Assembly (NCBI GenBank): GCA_045643205.1
Contig: JAZUKI010000010.1
Location: 128,001 to 192,000 of the forward strand
Direction of reading: 5' to 3'
From: Clostridia bacterium
GTDB taxonomy: Bacteria > Bacillota > Clostridia > TANB77 > CAG-508
Length of the DNA stretch: 64,000 bases
Below the pieces are notes generated by a model that had not been told where the DNA came from, searched no databases, and saw only the letters and a program-made list of their open reading frames with translations. This document shows positions 40,611-50,409 of the stretch, piece after piece. Within the stretch, counting starts at the first letter, position 1. The number at the start of each line of letters is the position of its first letter. The position numbers and the translations under genes were made by a program.

Positions 40611-41606
40611 ATGAGATTTTTTAAAGGTTTAGGATTATTTATATTTTCACTTATTATTTTTACTTTATCAATAGTTATGATTTTAATCGGATTAGAAGTA
40701 ATAAAACTTGAAGCAGTTGCTTCATTGATTCCATATTGTTTTGGAACACAACAAGCATCAATAATTACATATAGTGTTTGCGGAGTTTTAGTTGTTTTAT
40801 CTTTACTTTGTTTATTTGGTAAATCAAACAAATCAAAGAAACAAGAACAAGAAAAAGGAATTTTATTAGCTAATTCAGATGGACAATTATTAATTACAAA
40901 ACAAACAATTGAAAACATTGTTAGTGGAGTTGTAGAACATACAACAACAATCTATGATGCAAAGCCATCTGTTATTATAGATCATTCAAACAATGTAAGC
41001 GTTAAGATTCAAGCTACAGTTGTTGAAGGAGCAGTTATAAAAGATGTTTCTTCAAAATTACAATCTGATATAAAGAATGCAGTTAAGAGTGCTACAGACT
41101 TAGAAGTAACAACAGTAGATGTTGCAATAAGCAATATGAATGTAAATAATGGACAATATGTTCAACCATCAGCACCTGTTACAAATGAATATGTTCAACC
41201 AACAGTAGTACCAATAGCTAATGATGTTAGTGAAAGCACTGTAATGGAAAATAATTATGTTGCTGAATCAATGCCAGTAGTTGAAAATTCAACACCAGTT
41301 GTTGAATCACAAGTTCCAGTAGAACCAACATATGAAAACACAATGGTTCCTGCTGATGATCCTGATGTTCCAACAATAGAAGAAATCAAAGCAGAAGCAG
41401 AAAGAGAAGCAGCAGAAGTTGATGCAATAATTGCTAGTGAAACAGCAAAGGCTAAAAAGAAAACAACTACTAAGAGAAGCACAACAAAGAAAACTACAAC
41501 AGCTAAGAAAGCAACTACAGCAAAGAAACCTGCAACTACTAAAAAGACAACTACTAAAAAAACAACAGATAAAAAGACTACAACAAAGAAAACAACAAAA
41601 AAATAA
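40611..41606 (+). CDS. amaP: Alkaline shock response membrane anchor AmaP with long acidic and Lys/Thr-rich extension
   Basis: Two N-terminal TMs, GQLLITKQTIENIV, position between asp23 and DUF2273. Confidence 0.75.
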   Translation: MRFFKGLGLFIFSLIIFTLSIVMILIGLEVIKLEAVASLIPYCFGTQQASIITYSVCGVLVVLSLLCLFGKSNKSKKQEQEKGILLANSDGQLLITKQTIENIVSGVVEHTTTIYDAKPSVIIDHSNNVSVKIQATVVEGAVIKDVSSKLQSDIKNAVKSATDLEVTTVDVAISNMNVNNGQYVQPSAPVTNEYVQPTVVPIANDVSESTVMENNYVAESMPVVENSTPVVESQVPVEPTYENTMVPADDPDVPTIEEIKAEAEREAAEVDAIIASETAKAKKKTTTKRSTTKKTTTAKKATTAKKPATTKKTTTKKTTDKKTTTKKTTKK

Positions 41607-41643
41607 TAGTTCTTTAAGATTTTAAATATAGTAAGGAGAAGAT

Positions 41644-41886
41644 ATGGCTAATAATTCAAATAACAACAGTAATAATAACGGTTACGACGATTTGAAAAAT
41701 TTCTTTGCAAGTTGTTGGGGAGGAATTATAGGTGCTATTATAGGCTTAATATTAGCTTGCTCATCAGCATATAGAATTGTAATTGGAATTGTTATTATAA
41801 TTGCATTTTGTTGGGCAGGATATTATTTCCAATATCACAGAAATAATATTAAAAATAATTTAAAGAAATTTATTGATAAATTATAG
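41644..41886 (+). CDS. DUF2273 small integral membrane protein
   Basis: WGGIIGAIIGLILA...GYYFQ; conserved synteny. Confidence 0.8.
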   Translation: MANNSNNNSNNNGYDDLKNFFASCWGGIIGAIIGLILACSSAYRIVIGIVIIIAFCWAGYYFQYHRNNIKNNLKKFIDKL

Positions 41887-41902
41887 AATGAAGGGAAAAT
41901 AA

Positions 41903-42325
41903 ATGAGCAGATCACAATCAAGAGAAGAAGCATTTAAACTTTTATATAGCATGAAGTTTATAAATGATTCTGATGCAAATGAACAAATAAAGCTATTTAT
42001 TGAAACTGATGAAATCGAAGATGATGATACAATAAAATACATCACAGAAACATTAGATGGTGTACAAAAAAATCAAGAGAACATTGAAAAACAAATTGCT
42101 GAAAACATCAAAGAAGATTGGTCAATTTCAAGAATATCAAAGATAGATTTAACTCTATTAGAGTTAGGTATATTTGAAATGCTTTATTCTAAATTACCAT
42201 ACAAAGTGGTAATTAACGAAGTGGTAGAATTATCAAAAAAATATGGAGATGATAATTCAAAGAGTTTTGTTAATGGTGTTTTGGCGAGTATAGTTAAAAA
42301 GAATAATATCGTAGATGAGGATTAA
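41903..42325 (+). CDS. nusB: Transcription antitermination factor NusB
   Basis: SREEAFKLLY, WSISRI, VVINEVVELSKKYG, FVNGVL. Confidence 0.96.
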   Translation: MSRSQSREEAFKLLYSMKFINDSDANEQIKLFIETDEIEDDDTIKYITETLDGVQKNQENIEKQIAENIKEDWSISRISKIDLTLLELGIFEMLYSKLPYKVVINEVVELSKKYGDDNSKSFVNGVLASIVKKNNIVDED

Positions 42326-42330
42326 CAATA

Positions 42331-43518
42331 ATGGATATAGAACCTATTACAGTCGAACAACTTAATAGATATATAAAAGAGAAAGTAGATACTGATGAAT
42401 TTCTTAATAATGTTTATGTTAAAGGCGAAATCTCTAATTTTAAACATCATTACACAGGACATATGTATTTTACTTTAAAAGATGAGAATTCATTAGTTAA
42501 ATGTATAATGTTTAAAAGTTATACACCTCATCTTTCTTTTATGCCTAAGGATGGAATGAAAGTTATAATATTTGGTTCGGTTTCTGTTTTTGAAAGAGAC
42601 GGAGTTTATCAAATATATGCTAAAGCAATGAAAGAAGATGGAATGGGCTCTTTATATGAAGCATATGAAGAACTAAAAGCAAAACTTGAAAAAGAAGGAT
42701 TATTTGATGAATCACATAAAAAACCGATTCCATCATTTCCTAAAACAATTGGAGTTCTTACAGCATCAACTGGAGCTGTTATAAGAGATATAATAAATGT
42801 TTCAACAAGAAGAAATCCAAATGTACACATAAGGTTATTGCCTGTTCCTGTCCAAGGACCTACAGCTGCTGAACAGATTGTAGCTGGAATTAGAAGAATG
42901 AACGATGAAAAAATTGCAGATGTAATTATATTAGGTAGAGGCGGAGGATCACTTGAAGATTTATGGCCTTTCAATGAAAAAATTGTTGCAAGAGCAATTT
43001 ATGATTCAGAAATACCAATTATTTCTGCAGTAGGACATGAAACAGATTATAGTATTTCAGATTTTGTAGCTGATTTAAGAGCACCAACACCATCTGCAGC
43101 TGCTGAATTAGCAGTATGCAATATGGAAGATGTTATATATACAATTGATTTATATCAAAGTAGATATAAAACAGCTTTAAAGAAAAAAGTACAATTGATG
43201 AAATTACGTTACGAAAAATGCATGACACAAAGAGTATTCAAAGAACCTTTACAAAAAATAAATGAAAGAGCAATTATATTAGATCAATTAGTTAAGTCAC
43301 TAACTAATTCTACAAAACTTAAAATAAGTGATTGTAAAAAAGAATTTATTGAAGTAGCTACTAAGATTGATTCTTTAAGTCCAATGAAAACAATGGCTAG
43401 AGGATATTCAATTGTAGAAAAAGATGGAAAGCTAGTTAAAAAAATTAGTGATGTAAACAAAGATGATGAGTTATCTATTAGATTATCTGATGGACAAATA
43501 ATAACAAAAGTTTTGTAG
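42331..43518 (+). CDS. xseA: Exodeoxyribonuclease VII large subunit
   Basis: GEISNF, GHMYFTLKD, RGGGSLEDLWPFN, SAVGHETD, RAPTPSAAAE. Confidence 0.97.
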   Translation: MDIEPITVEQLNRYIKEKVDTDEFLNNVYVKGEISNFKHHYTGHMYFTLKDENSLVKCIMFKSYTPHLSFMPKDGMKVIIFGSVSVFERDGVYQIYAKAMKEDGMGSLYEAYEELKAKLEKEGLFDESHKKPIPSFPKTIGVLTASTGAVIRDIINVSTRRNPNVHIRLLPVPVQGPTAAEQIVAGIRRMNDEKIADVIILGRGGGSLEDLWPFNEKIVARAIYDSEIPIISAVGHETDYSISDFVADLRAPTPSAAAELAVCNMEDVIYTIDLYQSRYKTALKKKVQLMKLRYEKCMTQRVFKEPLQKINERAIILDQLVKSLTNSTKLKISDCKKEFIEVATKIDSLSPMKTMARGYSIVEKDGKLVKKISDVNKDDELSIRLSDGQIITKVL

Positions 43519-43528
43519 GAGATGTTTT

Positions 43529-43759
43529 ATGAGTAAAGAAGAGAATGAAATAGATTTTGAAAAATCAATGGAAAAATTAGAAGAGATAGCTAAAGATCTT
43601 GAAAGAGATGATTTATCTTTAAACGATTCAGTTAAGAAATTTGAAGAAGGTATGAAGATATCTCAAGAATGTAAAAAAGTATTAGATGAAGCTGAAAAGA
43701 AGATTACAGTTTTAATTGATAATACTGAAAAAGATTTTGAAATAGATTCAGAAGAATAA
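43529..43759 (+). CDS. xseB: Exodeoxyribonuclease VII small subunit
   Basis: FEKSMEKLEEI..LE...SL..SVKKFEEG...C...L..AE. Confidence 0.95.
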   Translation: MSKEENEIDFEKSMEKLEEIAKDLERDDLSLNDSVKKFEEGMKISQECKKVLDEAEKKITVLIDNTEKDFEIDSEE

Positions 43760-43791
43760 AATCAAAACATAAGTAAAAAAGAAGGAAAAAT

Positions 43792-44217
43792 ATGAGAGAA
43801 TTTTTTAATTATCATTTTTATTGGTTAGTTCCAGTTTTAACATGGATTGGAATTCAACTTTTTAAATTTATATACGATAGAGTTGAAACAGGAAAGTGGC
43901 ATATAGACAGACTTTTAGGTTCTGGTGGAATGCCAAGTTCACATTCAGCTTTAGTAATGTGCTTAGCAACTTTAATTGGAAAACATGTAGGACTTGATAC
44001 ACCAACATTTGCTATATCTGCAATTTTAGCAGGAATCGTAATGTTTGATGCTGCTGGAGTTAGAAGAGCTGTTGGAAAACAAGCTAAAATAATTAATGAA
44101 ACATTATTAGCAAAAGATAAATCTGGAGAACAAAAACTACAAGAATTAGTTGGACATTCACCATTTCAAGTTTTAATTGGAGCTTTAATAGGATTTATAG
44201 TTGGAATTATAATGTAG
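43792..44217 (+). CDS. Divergent PAP2 family protein (DUF212)
   Basis: SGGMPSSHSA, VMFDAAGVRRAVG, LVGHSPFQV. Confidence 0.93.
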   Translation: MREFFNYHFYWLVPVLTWIGIQLFKFIYDRVETGKWHIDRLLGSGGMPSSHSALVMCLATLIGKHVGLDTPTFAISAILAGIVMFDAAGVRRAVGKQAKIINETLLAKDKSGEQKLQELVGHSPFQVLIGALIGFIVGIIM

Positions 44218-44250
44218 TAATTATTCTAGTAGAATGGAGGATGATATAAT

Positions 44251-45924
44251 ATGGAAGATATTGAAATTGCAAGAAATACTGAATTAGAGGAGATTTCAAC
44301 AATTACAGACAAATTAAATATTCCAAATAAATATGTTGAACCATATGGACATTACAAAGCTAAAATTAATTTAGAATATTTAAAAGAAATTTCAAATAAT
44401 AAAAGTGGAAAGCTAATTTTAACAACCTCTATTAATCCAACACCTTTAGGTGAAGGAAAAACAACAATGGCTATTGGAATTGCCGATGCATTAAGAGCTA
44501 TTGGCAAGAAATCAATTTTAGCATTGAGAGAACCTTCATTAGGTCCTGTTTTTGGAATTAAAGGTGGTGCTACAGGTGGAGGATATTCACAAGTTGCACC
44601 AATGGAAGATATTAATCTTCATTTTACTGGTGATTTACATGCAATTACATGTGCAAACAATTTATTAAGTTCAATGATAGATAATCATATTTTCCAAGGT
44701 AATGCTTTGCAAATTGAAAGAGTAACTTGGAAAAGATGTTTAGATTTAAATGATAGAAGTTTAAGAGCAGTTACAATTGGTCAATCTGGTGAAAAAAATA
44801 TGATACCAAGAGAAGATGGATTTGATATTACTGCTGCATCAGAAATAATGGCAATTTTATGTTTAGCTACAAGTATAAAAAATTTAAAAGAAAGATTAGG
44901 AAACATCTTAATAGGATACAACATTAATGGAAATCCTGTATATTGCAAAGATATTAATGCACAAGGTGCAATGACAGTTGTTTTAAAAGATGCATTAAAT
45001 CCTAATATTGTTCAAACACTTGAACATACACCTGCTATTATACATGGTGGACCATTCGCAAATATTGCGCATGGTTGTAACTCTATTTTAGCTACAAATA
45101 TGGCTTTAAAACTTGGAGATTATGTTGTTACAGAAGCAGGATTTGGAGCTGATTTAGGGGCAGAAAAATTTTTAGATATTAAACGTAGAAAATTAGAAAA
45201 GAATGTAGATTGCGTTGTTATTGTTGCTACAATTAAAGCTTTAAAATATCATGGCGGCCTATCTAAAGATGAAGTAAAACAAGAAAACATTGAAGCACTA
45301 AGAAAAGGATTTAATAATTTAAAACACCATATTGATGTTATAAAAAATGTTTATAATTTAAAACCAATAGTTGCAATAAACAAATTTGGTTTTGATACAG
45401 AAAATGAAATAACTACATTAAAATCATTACTTGATGCAGAAGATGTAGAAATGAGTTTAGATGAATCATTTGCAAAAGGATCAGAAGGTGCAATTGATTT
45501 AGCAAATAAAATAGTTGAAATTTGCAATAATTCAGAAGAAGATAACAAAGAGAAAAAATACTCATATGATATTAACGAAGATATTATTACTAAATTTGAA
45601 AATGTTGCAAAGAATGTATATGGAGCTGAAGGAGTAACTATTTCAGATGAAGCTCTAGCAGAAATTAAGAAAATTGAAAACATGGGATATTCAAAATTCC
45701 CTGTATGTATAGCAAAAACACAATATTCATTATCAGACGATGATAAGAATTTATTAGTGAAAGAACCATTTAGTATCAATATACGTGAAGTAAGATTACG
45801 TACAGGTGCTGAATTTATAGTAGGTATTACAGGAAAACTAATGACAATGCCAGGACTTTCTAAAACACCTGCAGCAGAAAAAATAGACATTGATGAAAAC
45901 GACAATATTATTGGAATTTTCTAA
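44251..45924 (+). CDS. fhs: Formate-tetrahydrofolate ligase
   Basis: PTPLGEGKTT, LREPSLGP, HGGPFANIAHGCNS, TEAGFGADLG, MTMPGL. Confidence 0.98.
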   Translation: MEDIEIARNTELEEISTITDKLNIPNKYVEPYGHYKAKINLEYLKEISNNKSGKLILTTSINPTPLGEGKTTMAIGIADALRAIGKKSILALREPSLGPVFGIKGGATGGGYSQVAPMEDINLHFTGDLHAITCANNLLSSMIDNHIFQGNALQIERVTWKRCLDLNDRSLRAVTIGQSGEKNMIPREDGFDITAASEIMAILCLATSIKNLKERLGNILIGYNINGNPVYCKDINAQGAMTVVLKDALNPNIVQTLEHTPAIIHGGPFANIAHGCNSILATNMALKLGDYVVTEAGFGADLGAEKFLDIKRRKLEKNVDCVVIVATIKALKYHGGLSKDEVKQENIEALRKGFNNLKHHIDVIKNVYNLKPIVAINKFGFDTENEITTLKSLLDAEDVEMSLDESFAKGSEGAIDLANKIVEICNNSEEDNKEKKYSYDINEDIITKFENVAKNVYGAEGVTISDEALAEIKKIENMGYSKFPVCIAKTQYSLSDDDKNLLVKEPFSINIREVRLRTGAEFIVGITGKLMTMPGLSKTPAAEKIDIDENDNIIGIF

Positions 45925-46011
45925 AAATAAAAACGAATATAAATATAAATACAAATACAAAATATTAAATATTAAATGTTGAATAATAAATAATAAATTG
46001 AAAGGACAGAT

Positions 46012-46893
46012 ATGAGCTTTTTTGACAAACTAAAACAAGGACTTCACAAAACAAAAATTGCTTTTGGTTTTACTAAAGTAGATGATAATTTATTAGAAGA
46101 ACTTGAAGAACAATTAATAATGGCAGATGCCGGATTAGAAACATCAGAAGAAATAGTTAAAAGTCTTAGATCTTCAATTAAAAGTAAAGGAATAGAAGAT
46201 CCAGAAGCAGTAAAAGTAGAAATAAAAGAAATTTTAAAAGAAGTTTTTAAAGAAAATGATTCAAAACTTCATTTGGAAAATAGTCCAGCAGTAATATTAA
46301 TGGTTGGAGTAAATGGAGCAGGAAAAACTACATCAATTGGAAAAATTGCAAGCAAGTTAACTAGAAGTGGTAAAAAAGTATTAATAGCAGCTGGAGATAC
46401 TTTTAGAGCTGCAGCAGTTGAACAATTAGAAGTTTGGGCTGAGAGATCAGGTTCAGATATTATAAAAGGAAATGAAAATGAAGATCCTTCATCAGTAATA
46501 TTTGCAGCATGTGAAAAAGCAAAAAATGAAAATTATGATGTTTTAATTTGTGATACAGCAGGAAGATTGCAAAATAAGAAATATTTAATGGATGAATTAG
46601 AAAAGATGAAGAGAGTAATTGATAGAGAATTACCAGATTCATCAAAAGAAACAATTTTAGTATTAGATGGATCAACAGGACAAAATGCTATTTCACAAGT
46701 AAGTTCATTCAGCGAATGTACTGGAATTACAGGACTAATTGTTACTAAACTAGATGGAACAGCAAAAGGTGGCGTAATAATAAGACTAGTAAAAGAAAAT
46801 AAAATTCCAATTAAATTTATTGGAGTTGGAGAAAAAATTGATGACATGGAAGAATTCAATAGTGAAGAATTCATAGATGCTATTATTTCTTAA
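46012..46893 (+). CDS. ftsY: Signal recognition particle receptor FtsY
   Basis: GVNGAGKTT, DTFRAAAVEQL, DTAGRLQ, TKLDGTAKGG. Confidence 0.97.
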   Translation: MSFFDKLKQGLHKTKIAFGFTKVDDNLLEELEEQLIMADAGLETSEEIVKSLRSSIKSKGIEDPEAVKVEIKEILKEVFKENDSKLHLENSPAVILMVGVNGAGKTTSIGKIASKLTRSGKKVLIAAGDTFRAAAVEQLEVWAERSGSDIIKGNENEDPSSVIFAACEKAKNENYDVLICDTAGRLQNKKYLMDELEKMKRVIDRELPDSSKETILVLDGSTGQNAISQVSSFSECTGITGLIVTKLDGTAKGGVIIRLVKENKIPIKFIGVGEKIDDMEEFNSEEFIDAIIS

Positions 46894-46906
46894 TAAGGAG
46901 AGGGTT

Positions 46907-49726
46907 ATGAAAAAAGTTGATAAGGAAAAATTAACTGAAGAGCAAAGACAAAAGAGAAATTACAAGATAAGAGTAAGAGTTGTTGCTATCATTTCTATAA
47001 TTGCTGCAATTGCATTATTTATTTCATATAGAGGTAATTTCTTAGAAATGGAAGAATTAGGAGGAAATTATACATCTGTATTTTGGAGAAATACAGTTTA
47101 TTCTTTAATTTTATTTGTAGTTAACTTCTTAATTATTTATTTTGCATTTTATTTTACAAATAAAAAGATTAGAAAAACATTAAAAATATTCTTTGATGAA
47201 GAGAAGAAAGAAATGCCAAGTTTTCCAAATAAATCAATTAGTTTTATTATTGCTTTAGTTGGTGGAATTGTTGTTTCTAAATTATTATTACCTGAATTAT
47301 TATTGGTATGTGGAAACTCTTGGTTTGGAATATCAAACATGATCTTTAAATTTGATATTTCATTCAATATTTTCTGGAAACCATTTTTACTATTCCTAGA
47401 TATATACGGAATTGTTTTAATCATTGCAACATTAGCTTATGGAATAATGTATTCAATTATAATTTTAAATATGAGCTTTGATGGAGTTAATAGAGAAACA
47501 TTTTCAAAAGCTAGAATTATTGAAACACTTCACGTAAGAGCAAAAATATTTGCAATTTTAGCTGCAATATTTGTTTTATTATTCATGGTTGGAAACATTG
47601 GTAACGAAATATTTATGAATGTTGAATTATCAGGAGATATTTACAAAATATATGGAGCAGGAGCTTCAGATATAACAATTAAAATTGCTGGATACTCAAT
47701 ACTTTCAGTACTTGTATTATTCTGCTTATTAAAGATGTACAAATCAATAAAAGAAAAAGATGCTGGAAAAACAATTAGATATGTATTAATTGTTCCTGTA
47801 TACTTAATAGCTTTAGCTTTAGTTTTAGCTGTTTATCAAGGAATATTCATTGGAGCTAATAACTTAGAAGCTAATGAACCATCAATTAAAGAAAATATTA
47901 AAAATACAAGACAAGCCTATGGAATTTATGCAGAAGAATCTAGGAATGTTTTTACACCAGAATTAAATGAATATAACTTTGCAAGCAATGCAAGCGTTAT
48001 AAATAATATCAACTTAGGTTCAAACGAAAATGTTATTCAAGATTGCCAAGCAATGGAGACATCAAAAGGTTACTACACATTTAGACAAACTCAAATTGAA
48101 CAATACAATATCGATGGAGTTGAAAAAGTTGTTTATGTTTCACCACGTGAAATATTAAATAATAAAAATACATATTCAAATAAAACATATCAATATACAC
48201 ATGGATATGGAGCTGTTATTACTGACACAGCAAATACAGATGATGCAGGAAACTTCAATATAATTGAAGATGAATTTGAAAATCTAGAAAAATCAGATAT
48301 TAAAGTAACACAACCAAGAATTTATTATGGATTAGAAAATAATAATGCAGCTGTAATTAATTCTGATGTAGATGAATTTGATTATCCAATTGAAAGTAAA
48401 AACATTGATGCAACATATAAATATGAAGGACATGCAGGATTAAATTTAAACTTCATTGATAAATTTATTATTGGTATTAAAGAAGGAAACTTACAATTAG
48501 CATTCTCAGGATTACAAAACAATGATAGTAAAATTATTTTAAATAGAAATATCATTAATAGAGCAAAACTTGTTTTACCATATATTTATTATGATGAAAA
48601 TCCATATTTAGTAATAGATGATAAAGGTGAGTTATATTGGGTTATAGATGGTTACACAACTTCTAATGAATATCCATTCTCACAAAAAACTATTTTGAAA
48701 AACAATCAACAAATCAACTATATTAGAAATTCAGTTAAAGTTATTATTAATGCATATAACGGAGAAATGAAATTCTATATAACAGATAGAAACGATCCTA
48801 TAGTTATGGCTTATAACAATGTTTTCCCAGGATTATTTGCAAGTGCTGAAGATACAATTCCAGAAGATATAAGCAAACATTTTGTATATCCAAAATTATT
48901 ATTTGATTTACAAGCAGAGATTATTCAAGAATATCATTCAACAAAAACAGAAAATTTATATAGAGGAAAAGATGCTTGGGAAATTTCAGAAACAAATACA
49001 TCAGGATCTACAAAAGAAATGAAACCATACTATTCTATGGTAAATGTAAATGATAAAAATGAATTAGGTTTAATTCTTCCATATTCAACTTATGGAAAAT
49101 CAAATTTAAATGCATTATTAATTGGAACAATGAATGGTACAATACCAACATTAAACATATGTACAATTCCTTCTACAAATAATGCAATGGGAGCATTACA
49201 ATTTGAAACATTAATAAATCAAGATGAAAAAATTGCAAGTGAAATAGCAGCTTTAAATACAACAGGAACAAGAATTTCAAAGAATACAATTGTAATTCCA
49301 ATCGATAATTCTGTTTTATATGTTCAAACTATTTATCAACAAATGATAAATGAATCAACACAAAGACCTACATTAAAGAAAGTTGTTGTAGCTTCAGGAA
49401 ATAAAATTGCAATCGGAAATAATATAGACATGGCAATCAAAAACTTATTATCAAAACAAGCTATTGAAGTAATGGTAACTGATTCAGAAGATGTTGAACA
49501 ATTAATAAATGCAATTATTAAAGCAAATCAAAATGTAAAGAATTCTAGCCAAAGTGGAAATTGGAAATTATATGGTGAAGATATGCAAGAATTAACATCA
49601 TTAATTAACAATCTTGAAACTGCAATGTCAGCTAGAGAAAAAGAAAATAAAAACAACACAGAAAGTGATGTATCAAGTAGCGATTCAGCATCAAGTGAAT
49701 CAAAAGCTGAAAAATCTTCAAAATAG
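46907..49726 (+). CDS. UPF0182 (COG1615) membrane protein
   Basis: Multiple N-terminal TMs; YTHGYG, QPRIYYG, WVIDGYTTS..YPFS, NYIRNSVK. Confidence 0.9.
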   Translation: MKKVDKEKLTEEQRQKRNYKIRVRVVAIISIIAAIALFISYRGNFLEMEELGGNYTSVFWRNTVYSLILFVVNFLIIYFAFYFTNKKIRKTLKIFFDEEKKEMPSFPNKSISFIIALVGGIVVSKLLLPELLLVCGNSWFGISNMIFKFDISFNIFWKPFLLFLDIYGIVLIIATLAYGIMYSIIILNMSFDGVNRETFSKARIIETLHVRAKIFAILAAIFVLLFMVGNIGNEIFMNVELSGDIYKIYGAGASDITIKIAGYSILSVLVLFCLLKMYKSIKEKDAGKTIRYVLIVPVYLIALALVLAVYQGIFIGANNLEANEPSIKENIKNTRQAYGIYAEESRNVFTPELNEYNFASNASVINNINLGSNENVIQDCQAMETSKGYYTFRQTQIEQYNIDGVEKVVYVSPREILNNKNTYSNKTYQYTHGYGAVITDTANTDDAGNFNIIEDEFENLEKSDIKVTQPRIYYGLENNNAAVINSDVDEFDYPIESKNIDATYKYEGHAGLNLNFIDKFIIGIKEGNLQLAFSGLQNNDSKIILNRNIINRAKLVLPYIYYDENPYLVIDDKGELYWVIDGYTTSNEYPFSQKTILKNNQQINYIRNSVKVIINAYNGEMKFYITDRNDPIVMAYNNVFPGLFASAEDTIPEDISKHFVYPKLLFDLQAEIIQEYHSTKTENLYRGKDAWEISETNTSGSTKEMKPYYSMVNVNDKNELGLILPYSTYGKSNLNALLIGTMNGTIPTLNICTIPSTNNAMGALQFETLINQDEKIASEIAALNTTGTRISKNTIVIPIDNSVLYVQTIYQQMINESTQRPTLKKVVVASGNKIAIGNNIDMAIKNLLSKQAIEVMVTDSEDVEQLINAIIKANQNVKNSSQSGNWKLYGEDMQELTSLINNLETAMSAREKENKNNTESDVSSSDSASSESKAEKSSK

Positions 49727-49764
49727 TAATTGTAAAATAAAAGCTTAAAATAAGAGGTTTTAAA

Positions 49765-50391
49765 ATGAGTGAGAAAACAAAAATAAAATTAAACACACCT
49801 AATAAACTAACTATATTTAGAATCCTATTAGTACCTATAATGATAATTGTTTCTTTTATACAATTTCCAGGAGATTTATGGGGAATTAAAACACAATGGA
49901 TTATTTTAGATTTGTTATTTATCATTGGTTCATTAACAGATCACTGGGATGGACATTTAGCAAGAAAAAATAATCAGATAACTACATTTGGAAAATTCTT
50001 AGATCCAATAGCTGATAAAATTTTAGTTGTTTCAGCATTTCTATTATTAATAGAAGAAGGAAAATTACCAGCATGGATTGCAATAATAGTTATACTAAGA
50101 GAATTTGTAGTTTCAGGATATAGATTAGTTGTTGTTAAAAGCGAAGGAGAAGTAATTGCTGCAAATATTTGGGGCAAAATAAAAACTACAATTCAAATGA
50201 TTGCTGTAATTATGTGCTTCTTAGATGTTAATAAATTTGGCGCAATATTTAATACACAATTAGATGTATTACCATTTATTTGGAATTTACTTACAACAAT
50301 ATTAATGATTGCTGCAACTGTTGCAACTATATTTTCAGGATATACATATTTAAAAGGATCAAAAGAAATTTTATTTAAAGATGTTAAATAA
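49765..50391 (+). CDS. pgsA: CDP-diacylglycerol--glycerol-3-phosphate 3-phosphatidyltransferase
   Basis: NTPNKLTIFRI, TDHWDGHLAR...TTFGKFLDPIADK. Confidence 0.96.
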   Translation: MSEKTKIKLNTPNKLTIFRILLVPIMIIVSFIQFPGDLWGIKTQWIILDLLFIIGSLTDHWDGHLARKNNQITTFGKFLDPIADKILVVSAFLLLIEEGKLPAWIAIIVILREFVVSGYRLVVVKSEGEVIAANIWGKIKTTIQMIAVIMCFLDVNKFGAIFNTQLDVLPFIWNLLTTILMIAATVATIFSGYTYLKGSKEILFKDVK

Positions 50392-50409
50392 AATCGACAG
50401 GAGATAAAA

